64,000 nt of DNA from positions 715-64,714 of the forward strand of contig JAXLXC010000021.1 in assembly GCA_046328155.1 (NCBI GenBank), in the 5' to 3' direction. The notes beneath the pieces are model-generated. The model worked only from the letters and a program-made list of their open reading frames with translations. It ran no database searches and was not told the origin of the DNA. Each line of letters begins with the position of its first letter. The first letter of the stretch is position 1. This document shows positions 8,337 to 17,754 of the stretch, piece by piece. Position numbers and translations under genes: made by a program. Source of the stretch: Chloroflexota bacterium (GTDB lineage: Bacteria > Chloroflexota > Limnocylindria > Limnocylindrales > CSP1-4).

Positions 8337-9622
8337 GGCTCGCCGCCCCACTCCAGCTCGTGCCCGCCGATGCGCACGGTGTCGCCGGGCCGCACCCCCG
8401 CGCGCACCAAGGCCCGCTCGACGCCCAGCCGGGCGAGCTCTCGCTGGAATCGCTCGGCCGACTCCTCGTTCTCGAAGTCCGTCATCGTGACCAGGCGTTC
8501 GAGCTTGCGGCCACGCACGCGGAGCACGTCGTCGGCGTCGTGGTCGATGGACCACGAGCCGCGGTCGCCCTCGGGTCGATGGACCACCACGCCCGCCGGT
8601 TCGCCCGGCTGGGACAGCTCGTCCGCGTCTGGCAGCAGCCGCGCGAGGTCACCCAGGAGCTCCGCGATCCCCAGGCCCTCCGCGGCGGAGATGCCCACGA
8701 CCTCGAGTCCCTCGGCGGCGCGGGCCGCCCGGAACTCGGGCAGCCGCTGTGGCGCGCCGGGCACGTCCAGCTTGTTGGCGACCACGAGGGTGGTCTTGTG
8801 GAGGAGCCGCGGGTCGCGCGCCTCCAGCTCGTCGCGGATGATGCCGAAGTCGCGACCGGGGTCCGCTGCGGACAGGTCGACCACATGGATGAGCACCCGC
8901 GTCCGCTCCACGTGTCGCAGGAAGGCATGACCCAGCCCGGCGCCGGCGGACGCGCCCTCGATGAGGCCTGGCAGGTCGGCCAAGGTCACCCGCCGGTGGT
9001 CGGCAGGGTCGAGTGCCTCGAGGTCGAGCACGCCCAGGTTGGGCTCCAGGGTGGTGAAGGGATACGCCGCGATGCGTGGGGTGGCCGCGGTGAGTGCCGC
9101 GAGCAGCGTGCTCTTGCCCGCGTTCGGAAGGCCCACGAGGCCGACGTCGGCGATCAGCCGCAGCTCCAACGTCACGCTGCGCACCTCGCCCGGCTCGCCC
9201 TTCTGGGCGTGCTTGGGTGCCTGGTGGGTGGCGGTCGCAAAATGCGTGTTGCCCAGGCCGCCCTTGCCGCCGCGCGCGACCATCACGCGCTGGCCGGGCG
9301 AGACGAGGTCCGCCATGAGCGCACCGTCGGCGTCCAGGACGACCGTGCCCGGCGGCACGGGGAGGTCGAGGTCGGCGCCGGCCTTGCCGTGGCGGCGTGA
9401 CCCCTCGCCGCGCCCGCCCGGCTGGGCCCGGAAGTGATGCTTGAAGCGGTAGTCGCCGAACGTGGTCTGGCCCACGTCGACCACCAGGTGCACGGAGCCG
9501 CCACGGCCGCCGTCGCCGCCGTCGGGTCCACCGCGGGGCACGTGCGCCTCGCGCCGGAACGTGGCCGCCCCATCCCCGCCGTTGCCGGCGGTGAGGGTCA
9601 GCGAGACGCGGTCGAGGAACAT
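8327..9622 (-). CDS. obg: GTPase Obg
   Basis: 'MFLDRVSLTLTAGNGGDGAATFRREAHVPRGGPDGGDGGRGGSV' glycine-rich Obg fold. G1 motif 'GLPNAGKST'. C-terminal OCT-like domain. Confidence 0.95.
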   Translation of the reverse strand: MFLDRVSLTLTAGNGGDGAATFRREAHVPRGGPDGGDGGRGGSVHLVVDVGQTTFGDYRFKHHFRAQPGGRGEGSRRHGKAGADLDLPVPPGTVVLDADGALMADLVSPGQRVMVARGGKGGLGNTHFATATHQAPKHAQKGEPGEVRSVTLELRLIADVGLVGLPNAGKSTLLAALTAATPRIAAYPFTTLEPNLGVLDLEALDPADHRRVTLADLPGLIEGASAGAGLGHAFLRHVERTRVLIHVVDLSAADPGRDFGIIRDELEARDPRLLHKTTLVVANKLDVPGAPQRLPEFRAARAAEGLEVVGISAAEGLGIAELLGDLARLLPDADELSQPGEPAGVVVHRPEGDRGSWSIDHDADDVLRVRGRKLERLVTMTDFENEESAERFQRELARLGVERALVRAGVRPGDTVRIGGHELEWGGEPWS

Positions 9623-9643
9623 GGGACGGGGCGTGGCCCAGGG

Positions 9644-9666
9644 TCGTCGGCGGGCATCGCCGACGA
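9644..9666 (-). terminator. Candidate stem-loop between the rho stop and the obg start
   Basis: tcgtcggcg (9644-9652) / cgccgacga (9658-9666). 9-bp perfect stem with a 5-nt loop. No U-tract. Confidence 0.4.
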
Positions 9667-9670
9667 GTGC

Positions 9671-10948
9671 CTAGGAGTCGGCCGCCGCCTTGGACTCAGC
9701 GGCCGCCTGTCGGGTGAGGCCCGCCAGGAACTGGGTGTTGTTGTCCGTCTTGGCGAGGCGGTTGAGGAGCAGCTCGATGCCCTCGTTGGTGCCCACGGCG
9801 CCGAGCATCCGGCGCATGGTCCAGACCATCTTGAGGGTGCCCTCCTCGAGCAGCAGCTCCTCGCGTCGGGTGCCCGAGCGCTGCACGTCGATGGCCGGGA
9901 AGACGCGCTTCTCGGCGAGCTTGCGGTCGAGGATCAGCTCCGAGTTGCCGGTGCCCTTGAACTCCTCGTAGATGACGTCATCCATGCGCGAGCCCGTGTC
10001 CACGAGGCAGGTCGCGATGATGGTCAGCGAGCCGCCCTCCTCGAGCTTCCGCGCGGCGCCGAAGAAGCGCTTGGGCGGGTACAGCGCGATGGGGTCGATG
10101 CCACCGGTCAGGGTCCGGCCGGACGGCGGCAGCGCCAGGTTGTAGGCGCGCGACAGCCGCGTGATGGAGTCGAGCAGGATGACCACGTCACGCCCGGATT
10201 CGGTCTGGCGCTTGGCGATCTCCAGCGCCATCTCCGCGACCCGGGTGTGGTTCTCGGTGGGCTCGTCGAAGGTGGAGCTGATGACCTCGCCCTTGACCGA
10301 GCGACGCATGTCCGTGACCTCCTCCGGCCGCTCGCCGATGAGCGCGACCATGAGCAGGATCTCGGGGTAGTTGGTGGTGATGCCGTTGGCGATGTTCTTG
10401 AGGAGCATCGTCTTGCCGGCCTTGGGCGGGCTGACGATGAGCGCGCGCTGGCCCTTGCCGATGGGGTTGACCAGGTTGACGAGGCGCTGGCTGAGGTTCT
10501 TGGGGTCCGACTCGAGGTTGATGAGCTCGATCGGGTGGATCGGCGTCAGCGCATCGAAGTGGGGGCGGCGCTTGGCGGTCTCCGGGTCCACCCCGTTGAC
10601 CGATTCGACGCGCAGCAGGCCCCAGTACTTCTCGCCGTCCTTGGGCGCACGACCGACGCCCGCGACGCGGTCGCCCGCGCGAAGGCCGAAGCGACGGACC
10701 TGGCTGGAGCTGACATAGATGTCGTCGGGGCTGGGCATGAGGCCCCGTCGGCGCATGAAGCCGAAGCCGTCCTCGACCACGTCCAGCACGCCGGTCGCGT
10801 ACTGCTGGCCGCCGCGCTCCACCTGGCGCTGGATGATCCGCTCGACCAGGACGTCCTTGCCCATGTCGCGGGCGCCTTCGACGTCCAGGTCGCCGCCGAT
10901 GCGGACGAGCTCCTGGGTGGACTTGCTCTTGAGTTCGTTGATGTTCAT
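9671..10948 (-). CDS. rho: Transcription termination factor Rho
   Basis: 'MNINELKSKSTQELV' N-terminus. RNA-binding 'GFGFMR'. Walker A 'SPPKAGKTMLL'. 'ATCLVDTGSRMDDVIYEEFKGTGN'. The ATG at 10948 is inside the longer ORF 9671-11038. Confidence 0.95.
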   Translation of the reverse strand: MNINELKSKSTQELVRIGGDLDVEGARDMGKDVLVERIIQRQVERGGQQYATGVLDVVEDGFGFMRRRGLMPSPDDIYVSSSQVRRFGLRAGDRVAGVGRAPKDGEKYWGLLRVESVNGVDPETAKRRPHFDALTPIHPIELINLESDPKNLSQRLVNLVNPIGKGQRALIVSPPKAGKTMLLKNIANGITTNYPEILLMVALIGERPEEVTDMRRSVKGEVISSTFDEPTENHTRVAEMALEIAKRQTESGRDVVILLDSITRLSRAYNLALPPSGRTLTGGIDPIALYPPKRFFGAARKLEEGGSLTIIATCLVDTGSRMDDVIYEEFKGTGNSELILDRKLAEKRVFPAIDVQRSGTRREELLLEEGTLKMVWTMRRMLGAVGTNEGIELLLNRLAKTDNNTQFLAGLTRQAAAESKAAADS

Positions 10949-11167
10949 GGGTAGGGGTTCGGTCCTCGATGGGGAACGGATGGGCTCCGCGACACGGCAG
11001 GGCGGATGCGAGGTGGCACACGTGCGCACGCGGTGCACTTCGGCATCCGGGGTTCATGTGCTGGGACGTCCTGCCGGCCGGCCGTTCAGAGGGCCCAGTG
11101 CTCGGGGGACAACTGAATCATACCACCCGACGCTCGCAGGTCAAGCAGTGCCTGCCTGGACGGCGCG

Positions 11168-12196
11168 TCAGCGACTCTCGACGATCGCGAAGGTGGACGT
11201 CTCGGTCGCGACCACGCACCGGTCCTGCCAGCCCGAGCTGCTCGAGAGCAGGTAGCGACCCTTGGCGGTCGGCACGCGGACGCTGATGCCCGTCCCGTCA
11301 TCCGTCAGGCGTGCTCGCGCGGGCCTGCCGGCCGGCTCGAGGGTCCTCAACGCGCCGGCGCGGAGCTCGGCATCCGGCGGGACCTCGAGCCACTGGACCT
11401 CGACGCTGGTGGGGACGAGCCCGGGGTCGACCGGCCGGAGGGTGATCCGGTAGGCGGCGCGCGCCTCGATCACCGGGGTGTCCGGGTCGTACGGCAGGGA
11501 CGCAGATGAGCCCGAGTCATGCAGCGTCACGTCGGTCCAGCGGCTGCGGATGTTCACGATGCCCAGGGTCGGGATGACGCCGTGATACAGGTTGGCCCGC
11601 TGGTCCATCGAATCGAGCCACCGTTGCAGCCCGGCCTGGTCGGTCGGGCACTCCGCTGCCGCGGTGGCATCGGCGACCGTGATGGGATAGCGCCCGGCGA
11701 TCGACCAGCTGCCGCACGTGCCCACGCGGAACGCCAGCTCGCCCTCGCCGGCCGTGTCGGCCGGGATCGAGATGGTGGCCGTGTCGCCGGTGACCTGCGT
11801 GACCAGCCATCGCGCCGGGTCGTCACCCAGCCGGAGCGTCGCGACGAGGCTGTCGATGGGCAGGCGCGCGAGCGGGACGTCCCCGTCGACGTCCACCACG
11901 AGCTCCTGGCCAGCGACCACGTCGAGGTCGTTCGTGGCGAGCTCGGGCGCAGGGTCCTCGGCCTGGTACCGCGGCGTGGCGTAGATGGTCCGTCCATCGA
12001 CCCGCACGAGGGGCAGGCCCCAGTCCACGCCGCACATCGAGTCGCTCGACGAGGTCGGCACCGGGATGACGAGTGGCGTCGCGGACGGCGCCGTCGACTG
12101 CGCGGCCGACCCACCTGGCTGGATGAGGGGTGCGAGCAGGAGCGCCCCGATTGCGGTGGCGGTGGCGGCGATGCGCGGACGGTGGAGCTGCATCAC
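11168..12196 (-). CDS. Hypothetical secreted protein
   Basis: Signal-peptide-like N-terminus 'RIAATATAIGALLLAPLIQPGGSAAQS'. No family recognised. Confidence 0.5.
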   Translation of the reverse strand: MMQLHRPRIAATATAIGALLLAPLIQPGGSAAQSTAPSATPLVIPVPTSSSDSMCGVDWGLPLVRVDGRTIYATPRYQAEDPAPELATNDLDVVAGQELVVDVDGDVPLARLPIDSLVATLRLGDDPARWLVTQVTGDTATISIPADTAGEGELAFRVGTCGSWSIAGRYPITVADATAAAECPTDQAGLQRWLDSMDQRANLYHGVIPTLGIVNIRSRWTDVTLHDSGSSASLPYDPDTPVIEARAAYRITLRPVDPGLVPTSVEVQWLEVPPDAELRAGALRTLEPAGRPARARLTDDGTGISVRVPTAKGRYLLSSSSGWQDRCVVATETSTFAIVESR

Positions 12197-12233
12197 TGGG
12201 GAAGACGCGCGTCGCCCATGATCGTGTCACAGC

Positions 12234-13304
12234 GTGTCACGGCGACGATGCACCATGGGTGGCATGACGCGTCTTGGCCACCCGGTGCTCACCCAGCGGC
12301 GGCTCAATCGGGCCGGGCTGGCCCGGCAGCTGCTGCTGGGGCGGTCGACCCTGTCGATCCCCGAGGCGCTCCACCAGGTCGGCGGGCTGCAGACGCAGTA
12401 CGCACCCTCGGGGTACGTCGGGCTCTGGACGCGGCTGGCCGGCTTCCATCGGGATGACCTCACGCGTGCGCTGGAGGATCGCTCCGTCGTCCAGGCCACG
12501 CTCATGCGCGGCACCATCCATCTGGTGGCGTCGGGCGACTTCTGGCCGATGGCCGTGGGCATCCGACGTGCCCGGCGCGAGTGGGCGGCTCGACTGCCCG
12601 ATGGCGTGCGAGACGCCAGGGCATCGGAGACGCACGCCGTCGAGCTCCGGGCCGCCTTGGCGGATGGCCCGCGGAGCGTCGCGGAGCTGGGCGGCATCGC
12701 GTCGGGCTTCGTGGGCAACGTGGGACTGTGGGTCGACCTCGTGCGGGTGCCGCCGGGTGGCACGTGGGAGCGACGGCGCGCCGACGTCCTGGGTCTGGCG
12801 GACCAGTGGCTGGGACCCGAGGACGCCACCGAAGCGACGGGACTGGAGGACCTCCTGGCGGCCTACCTGCGTGGCTTCGGGCCGGCGGCGCCCAAGGACG
12901 CGGCGAGCTGGGCGGGTGTCCCGGTGACCTGGCTGCGACCCGCAGTCGAGACCCTGGGCCTGCGCCGGTTCCAGGACGAGGCCGGCAGGGAGCTGCTCGA
13001 CCTGCCGGACGCCCCGCTCCCCGACGAGGACGCGCCCGCACCCGCGCGGCTGCTCCCCCACTGGGACGCCAACCTGCTGGTCCACGCGCGACGCACGGGC
13101 ATCCTGCCCGAGCCGTATCGCGCGACGCTGTTCCACACGCGTCGGCCGTTCTCGGCGGGAGTGATCCTGGTGGACGGGCGGGTGGTGGGCGAGTGGTCGG
13201 TGCGCGATGGCCACGTCAGGCCCACGCTCTACGAGGAGCTGTCAGCTGCCGACCGCCGCGAGGTGGACGACGAGGTCGAGGCGCTGGACGCGTTCCACCA
13301 GTGA
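12234..13304 (+). CDS. Winged-helix DNA-binding domain protein, AlkZ/YcaQ-like (DUF1006)
   Basis: 'LTQRRLNRAGLARQLLL...EALHQVGGLQTQYAPSGYVGLWTRL...ATLMRGTIHLV' matches my memory of the AlkZ-like glycosylase family. The start could instead be the ATG at 12255. Confidence 0.6.
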   Translation: MSRRRCTMGGMTRLGHPVLTQRRLNRAGLARQLLLGRSTLSIPEALHQVGGLQTQYAPSGYVGLWTRLAGFHRDDLTRALEDRSVVQATLMRGTIHLVASGDFWPMAVGIRRARREWAARLPDGVRDARASETHAVELRAALADGPRSVAELGGIASGFVGNVGLWVDLVRVPPGGTWERRRADVLGLADQWLGPEDATEATGLEDLLAAYLRGFGPAAPKDAASWAGVPVTWLRPAVETLGLRRFQDEAGRELLDLPDAPLPDEDAPAPARLLPHWDANLLVHARRTGILPEPYRATLFHTRRPFSAGVILVDGRVVGEWSVRDGHVRPTLYEELSAADRREVDDEVEALDAFHQ

Positions 13305-13429
13305 GGGCGATCCGGGCCGCCAGGGCGGTTCCGGACTCACCCGTCCCAAGGCCCGGATGGCTCCACGCCGTCACGGGCTACAGTGCAGGGCATGCCAAGG
13401 AACGCACCCCGAACCGGCCGCTGAGCCGC

Positions 13430-14044
13430 ATGGGCTGGTACGGCGAGCGGATCCTGCCGAGGCTCCTCGACATCGGCGGGCGCCATGCGAGCGCGCTCCC
13501 CTTGCGTGCGCGGGCGTGCGCCGGCCTCAGCGGTGACGTGCTCGAGATCGGGTTCGGCTCAGGTCGCAACATCGGCTCGTACCCGGCCGCGGTGGCACGC
13601 GTCGCAGCAGTCGAGCCATCCGACCTCGCGTGGGAGCTGTCCCAGGATCGACGTGCGGGTGCCCCCATGCCCATCGAACGCTCTGGTCTCGACGCGCAGC
13701 TCCTCCTGCACGAGGACGACTCGTTCGACGCATGCCTCTCGACGTGGACGCTCTGCAGCATCCCGGATGTCCAGCTCGCGCTCCGGGAGGTCCGACGGGT
13801 GCTGCGCCCCGGCGCCACGCTGTGGTTCGTCGAACACGGCTTGGCGCCCGATGACCCGGTCGTCCGCTGGCAGCACCGTCTGGAGCCGCTGCAGCATCGG
13901 CTGTTCGGTGGCTGCCACCTCACCCGACCCATCGACCAGCTGGTTCGCGATGCGGGCTTCGAGATGGTCACGCTGGACCGGTTCTACATGGATGCCTCGC
14001 CCCGGTTCCTGGGGGCGACGTACCTGGGGTCGGCTCGCGCGTGA
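13430..14044 (+). CDS. Class I SAM-dependent methyltransferase
   Basis: 'VLEIGFGSGRN' motif I, 'RVLRPGATLWFVEH'. The ATG at 13430 is internal to ORF 12581-14044, whose upstream part overlaps the AlkZ-like gene out of frame. Confidence 0.75.
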   Translation: MGWYGERILPRLLDIGGRHASALPLRARACAGLSGDVLEIGFGSGRNIGSYPAAVARVAAVEPSDLAWELSQDRRAGAPMPIERSGLDAQLLLHEDDSFDACLSTWTLCSIPDVQLALREVRRVLRPGATLWFVEHGLAPDDPVVRWQHRLEPLQHRLFGGCHLTRPIDQLVRDAGFEMVTLDRFYMDASPRFLGATYLGSARA

Positions 14045-14079
14045 GTTCTCGCGCGTGAGTTTCGGCTCGCGCGTGAGTT
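14031..14079. repeat. Short tandem repeat (three copies of a cgcgcgtgagtt core) spanning the methyltransferase stop codon
   Basis: cggctcgcgcgtgagtt occurs at 14031-14047 and 14063-14079. A shorter copy, ctcgcgcgtgagtt, sits at 14048-14061. Confidence 0.7.
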
Positions 14080-14097
14080 GCGGGGCCGGCCAGCCGG

Positions 14098-14985
14098 TCA
14101 GGCGCCGTCGAGCACGATGCCGGCGGCCTCGCAGTCCTGGGCGAAGCGCTCCTGTGCCTCGACGCTCGTGTCCCAGCGACCAGGGAAGCAGGCCAACCGA
14201 TCGACCCCCGCAGCCGCGTACCCGGCGAGCAGGTCCGCACGAGCCTCGCCGGGCTCGCGGAGGTCCTCGTCGCTGACGTACACCGAGAAGCGGAGCGTGG
14301 ACGGGTCGCGACCCTCGCGCTGGCAGCGCTCCCGCACCTCGGTCATGCGGCCGGCCACCCACGACGGGTCACGGAACACGAAGTTGAGCTCGTCCGCGTA
14401 CCGCACCGCGTAGCCCGCGATCCGGTCGCGACCGTTGCCACCCACGATCACCGGGATGTGCGGCTGCACGCCCTTGGGGATGTTGATGGCGCCGTCCACG
14501 GATGCGTAGCGCCCCTGGTACGTCGCGCGACCCGGCGCCAGCATCCGGGTGATGACCTCCAGGTGGTCACCCAATGCGCCGATCCGCTCCCCTGTCTCCG
14601 GGAAGCCGTAGCCATAGGCGAGCCACTCGTCCTCCTTCCAGCCGGCACCGATGCCCAGCTCGAAGCGGCCGTTGGAGATGACGTCGATGGTGGAGGCGAG
14701 CTTGGCCGTCAGCGCGGGGTTGCGAAACCCCGTGCAGATGACCATGTGGCCCAGACGCACGTTCGTGGTGACGGCGGCCAGCGCCGCGAGCATCGAGAAC
14801 GACTCGAAGGTGATCTCGTCCGTGGGCTCGGGCGTCGTGGTGAAGTGGTCGAACACCCACAGCGACTCGAAGCCACGAGCCTCCGCATGCGCAGCCAGCT
14901 CCAGCGTCCGCTCCCACGCCGCGCGCGGGTCCCAGCCGTCGTATTCGTTCTTCCAGCCCTGCGGGGCCAGCAGGCCGACCTTCAT
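14098..14985 (-). CDS. LLM-class F420-dependent oxidoreductase
   Basis: 'FESLWVFDHFTT', 'RFELGIGAGWKEDEWLAYGY', 'PVIVGGNG'. Luciferase-like TIM-barrel signature. Confidence 0.8.
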   Translation of the reverse strand: MKVGLLAPQGWKNEYDGWDPRAAWERTLELAAHAEARGFESLWVFDHFTTTPEPTDEITFESFSMLAALAAVTTNVRLGHMVICTGFRNPALTAKLASTIDVISNGRFELGIGAGWKEDEWLAYGYGFPETGERIGALGDHLEVITRMLAPGRATYQGRYASVDGAINIPKGVQPHIPVIVGGNGRDRIAGYAVRYADELNFVFRDPSWVAGRMTEVRERCQREGRDPSTLRFSVYVSDEDLREPGEARADLLAGYAAAGVDRLACFPGRWDTSVEAQERFAQDCEAAGIVLDGA

Positions 14986-14997
14986 GCCGCGACGGTC

Positions 14998-15678
14998 TCA
15001 GGCCTTGGCCTTCGACGGGGCCTTGGCGGAGGCTGCCGCACGCGCCGCCGCCCAGTCCTTCTCGAACTGGACGATGCCCTTGTCGGTCAGCGGGTGGTGG
15101 ACCATCTGCTGGAGCACCTTGAAGGGCAGCGTCGCGACGTGGCATCCCGCCAGCGCGGCGTCGGTGACGTGGCGGGGATGGCGGATGGACGCGGCGAGCA
15201 CCTCGGTCTCCAGCTCGTGGATCTCCACGATCGAGACCAGCTCCCGGACGACATCCATGCCGTCCTGGTTGATGTCGTCGAGCCGGCCCACGAAGGGCGA
15301 CAGCAGCGATGCGCCCGCCTTGGCCGCGAGCAGCCCCTGGTTGGCGCTGAAGATGAGGGTGCAGTTGGTCTTGATGCCCTCGTCGGCGAAGCGCGAGATG
15401 GCCTCCAGGCCGGGCTCGCTCATGGCCACCTTGACCACGATGTTGGGCGCCAGCTTGGCGAAGGCACGCCCCTCCTTGAGCATCCCCTCGACATCCTCGG
15501 CGATCACCTCCGCCGACACGGGGCCGGGGGTGATGGTGCACACCTCCTTGAGGATCGATTCGTAGGAGCCGCCGACCTTCGCGTACAGGCTGGGGTTGGT
15601 GGTCACGCCGTCGAGCACGCCCCAGCGGGCGGCGATGCGGATCTCCTCGACGTCGGCGGTATCCAGGAACAGCTTCAT
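14998..15678 (-). CDS. Transaldolase-family fructose-6-phosphate aldolase (short, subfamily 3B type)
   Basis: 'MKLFLDTADVEEI...GVTTNPSL' and 'VVKVAMS' (Schiff-base Lys region). 226 aa. Confidence 0.9.
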   Translation of the reverse strand: MKLFLDTADVEEIRIAARWGVLDGVTTNPSLYAKVGGSYESILKEVCTITPGPVSAEVIAEDVEGMLKEGRAFAKLAPNIVVKVAMSEPGLEAISRFADEGIKTNCTLIFSANQGLLAAKAGASLLSPFVGRLDDINQDGMDVVRELVSIVEIHELETEVLAASIRHPRHVTDAALAGCHVATLPFKVLQQMVHHPLTDKGIVQFEKDWAAARAAASAKAPSKAKA

Positions 15679-15757
15679 GGTGGCGGGGCTCCCAATGGCG
15701 GTCAGGTCGGGAGACCCAGTGTACCGCCGTGCCGGGTGGGACCCCGCCGTCCGGCGC

Positions 15758-17050
15758 TCAGCCGGCCTCGCCGATCGCGTGCTCCGGGTGGCCCTCGCGC
15801 AGCGGCAGATAGCCCACGGCGAGCGTGAACAGCAGCGCCCCGAAGGCGATGACGCCTGCGACGACGAGGTACTCCACAGCCGTCGGCACGTACCAGTACG
15901 TCATCGCGAAGCTGGACGCGCCGGGACCCTGGTCGACCCCGATGGACACGCCGGGCGGGACGCCGATGGGCGCGTAGGAGAGTCCGTTGAGGATGAGGTT
16001 GAGGCGGTGGACGAAGATGCCGCCGATGGCGATCGCCGAGGCGAGCGCGACCCAGCCCGGGCGTGCCCGCGTCCGCCGGATGGTCACGATCAGGAACGGC
16101 ACCAGGAGCCCGATGCCGACCTCGATCCAGAACAGCGGCGCGTACGGGCCGACCAGCAGACGCGCGATGGGGCCGGACTCCTCGGGCGATCCCGGATACC
16201 CGGCGGTCAGGAACTCCGCGAGGACGAAGAACGCCTCGACCGCGATGAACACGCCCAGCAGCCCGCCCAGGAACGCCACGAGGTCGTCGCCGAAGTCGAC
16301 GCGGCGGACGCGGCGCACCGCGAGCGACAGCAGGATCACCAGCGCGAGTCCCGAGACGAGCGCTGACGCGATGAACATGGGGGCCATGATCGCCGAGTAC
16401 CAGAATCCCCGGCTGATCTGGAGCCCGAAGATCCAGGCGGTGATCGAGTGCAGCAGGATGGCCGCGGGCAGCGCGATCCAGGCGAGCGCGGACTTGAGGC
16501 GTTCGTCCCGGGCCAGCTCCCGCTCGGTCACGCCGGTGCCCAGCGCGAGGCGGCTGCCCCGTCGTGCCAGGTCCGCCCGCGTGTACAGCCAGACGTACAA
16601 CGCGGACAGCAGCGTGTACACGACCACGATGGTGATGTCCCAGACCATCGGCGACGTGAGGTTGCCGTACAGCAGGATGTTGATGACCCGCTCGGGTCGA
16701 CCCAGGTCGGGCAGGATGAACACGCCCGCCAGGAGCACCGCGATGGTCGCCTCGAGCACCGCGACACGCACGATGGGCTTGAACATCGTGGCCCCGAACA
16801 GCCGGCCGCTGGAGGCCACGATGAGCCCCCCGGCCGACAGCCCGATGAAGAACATGAAGAACAGGATGTACTGGCCCCACATCACGACGTTGCGCATGCC
16901 CGTGACGACCAGGCCGTTCGCGAACTGCCACGCGAACGCGATGAGCCCGATGCCCATGACCACGAACAGCAGCACCAGCCACGCGGTCAGCGCGCGCCCC
17001 AGGCGGGGGCGCCGTACCGCGGGGGCCGAGGCGCGGGCCATCGTGCTCAC
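15758..17050 (-). CDS. NrfD/PsrC-family integral membrane quinol-interacting subunit
   Basis: 430 aa and very hydrophobic, with multiple TM helices. Its start overlaps the FeS-subunit stop (ATGA). Third gene of the molybdoenzyme operon. Confidence 0.8.
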   Translation of the reverse strand: MSTMARASAPAVRRPRLGRALTAWLVLLFVVMGIGLIAFAWQFANGLVVTGMRNVVMWGQYILFFMFFIGLSAGGLIVASSGRLFGATMFKPIVRVAVLEATIAVLLAGVFILPDLGRPERVINILLYGNLTSPMVWDITIVVVYTLLSALYVWLYTRADLARRGSRLALGTGVTERELARDERLKSALAWIALPAAILLHSITAWIFGLQISRGFWYSAIMAPMFIASALVSGLALVILLSLAVRRVRRVDFGDDLVAFLGGLLGVFIAVEAFFVLAEFLTAGYPGSPEESGPIARLLVGPYAPLFWIEVGIGLLVPFLIVTIRRTRARPGWVALASAIAIGGIFVHRLNLILNGLSYAPIGVPPGVSIGVDQGPGASSFAMTYWYVPTAVEYLVVAGVIAFGALLFTLAVGYLPLREGHPEHAIGEAG

Positions 17051-17754
17051 AGCGGCACCCTCCGGCGCGGCGGCAGGTAGCGGACCGAGGGCTCAGTGCC
17101 CAGCTCCTCGAGGAGCGCCTCGCCTTGGCGGTCGCGGATGAGGGCCACGACGCGCGACGCCGGGTCGTTGAGGTCACCGAACACCCGCGCGCCCGTGGGG
17201 CACGACCAGACGCATGACGGGACCTGATCCTCGGCGAGGCGATGGACGCACATGGTGCACTTCTCGACCGTACCCAGCGGACGCGCCGCGACCATCCCGG
17301 TCTCGTAGGGCGTGGGTCGCGACGGCGCGCCCCAGTTGAACGTCCGGACGCCGTACGGGCAGGCGATCATGCAGTAGCGGCAGCCGATGCAACGGTCGTT
17401 GTCCATCATCACCAGGCCGTCGGCCCGGTGATACGTGGCCTGGACCGGGCAGACCTTGACGCAGGGCGCGTTCTGGCAGTGCTGGCAGGCGAGCGGCAGC
17501 CAGCGCATCTCGAGCCCACCGACCCCCTCCTCGGGCTGGTCGAGGGACTCCCCCTCCGTCAGGATCCGGTTCCACCAGGCCCCCAGCGGGACGTCGTTCT
17601 CGGACTTGCAGATGACGGCGCAGGACCAGCAGCCGATGCAGCGCTCCTGGTCGACGACCATGCCCCAGTGCGGCTGCTCGGACCGCTCGCCGATGGCGCC
17701 GTACGCCCGCGACGCCGCCGGGAGCGCCTCGACGGGCGAGACCTGGTCAGGCAT
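17047..17754 (-). CDS. 4Fe-4S ferredoxin-type electron-transfer subunit (DmsB/PsrB-like)
   Basis: Four Cys clusters: 'CIGCWSCAVICK', 'CQHCQNAPCVKVCP', 'CIGCRYCMIACP', 'CTMCVHR...CVWSCP'. Confidence 0.9.
   Translation of the reverse strand: MPDQVSPVEALPAASRAYGAIGERSEQPHWGMVVDQERCIGCWSCAVICKSENDVPLGAWWNRILTEGESLDQPEEGVGGLEMRWLPLACQHCQNAPCVKVCPVQATYHRADGLVMMDNDRCIGCRYCMIACPYGVRTFNWGAPSRPTPYETGMVAARPLGTVEKCTMCVHRLAEDQVPSCVWSCPTGARVFGDLNDPASRVVALIRDRQGEALLEELGTEPSVRYLPPRRRVPL

Noticed and set aside
12581-14044. A 487-codon ORF as a single protein.
   Set aside because: Only the last 204 codons (from ATG 13430) look like a methyltransferase. The upstream part overlaps the AlkZ-like gene out of frame and is compositionally nonsense.
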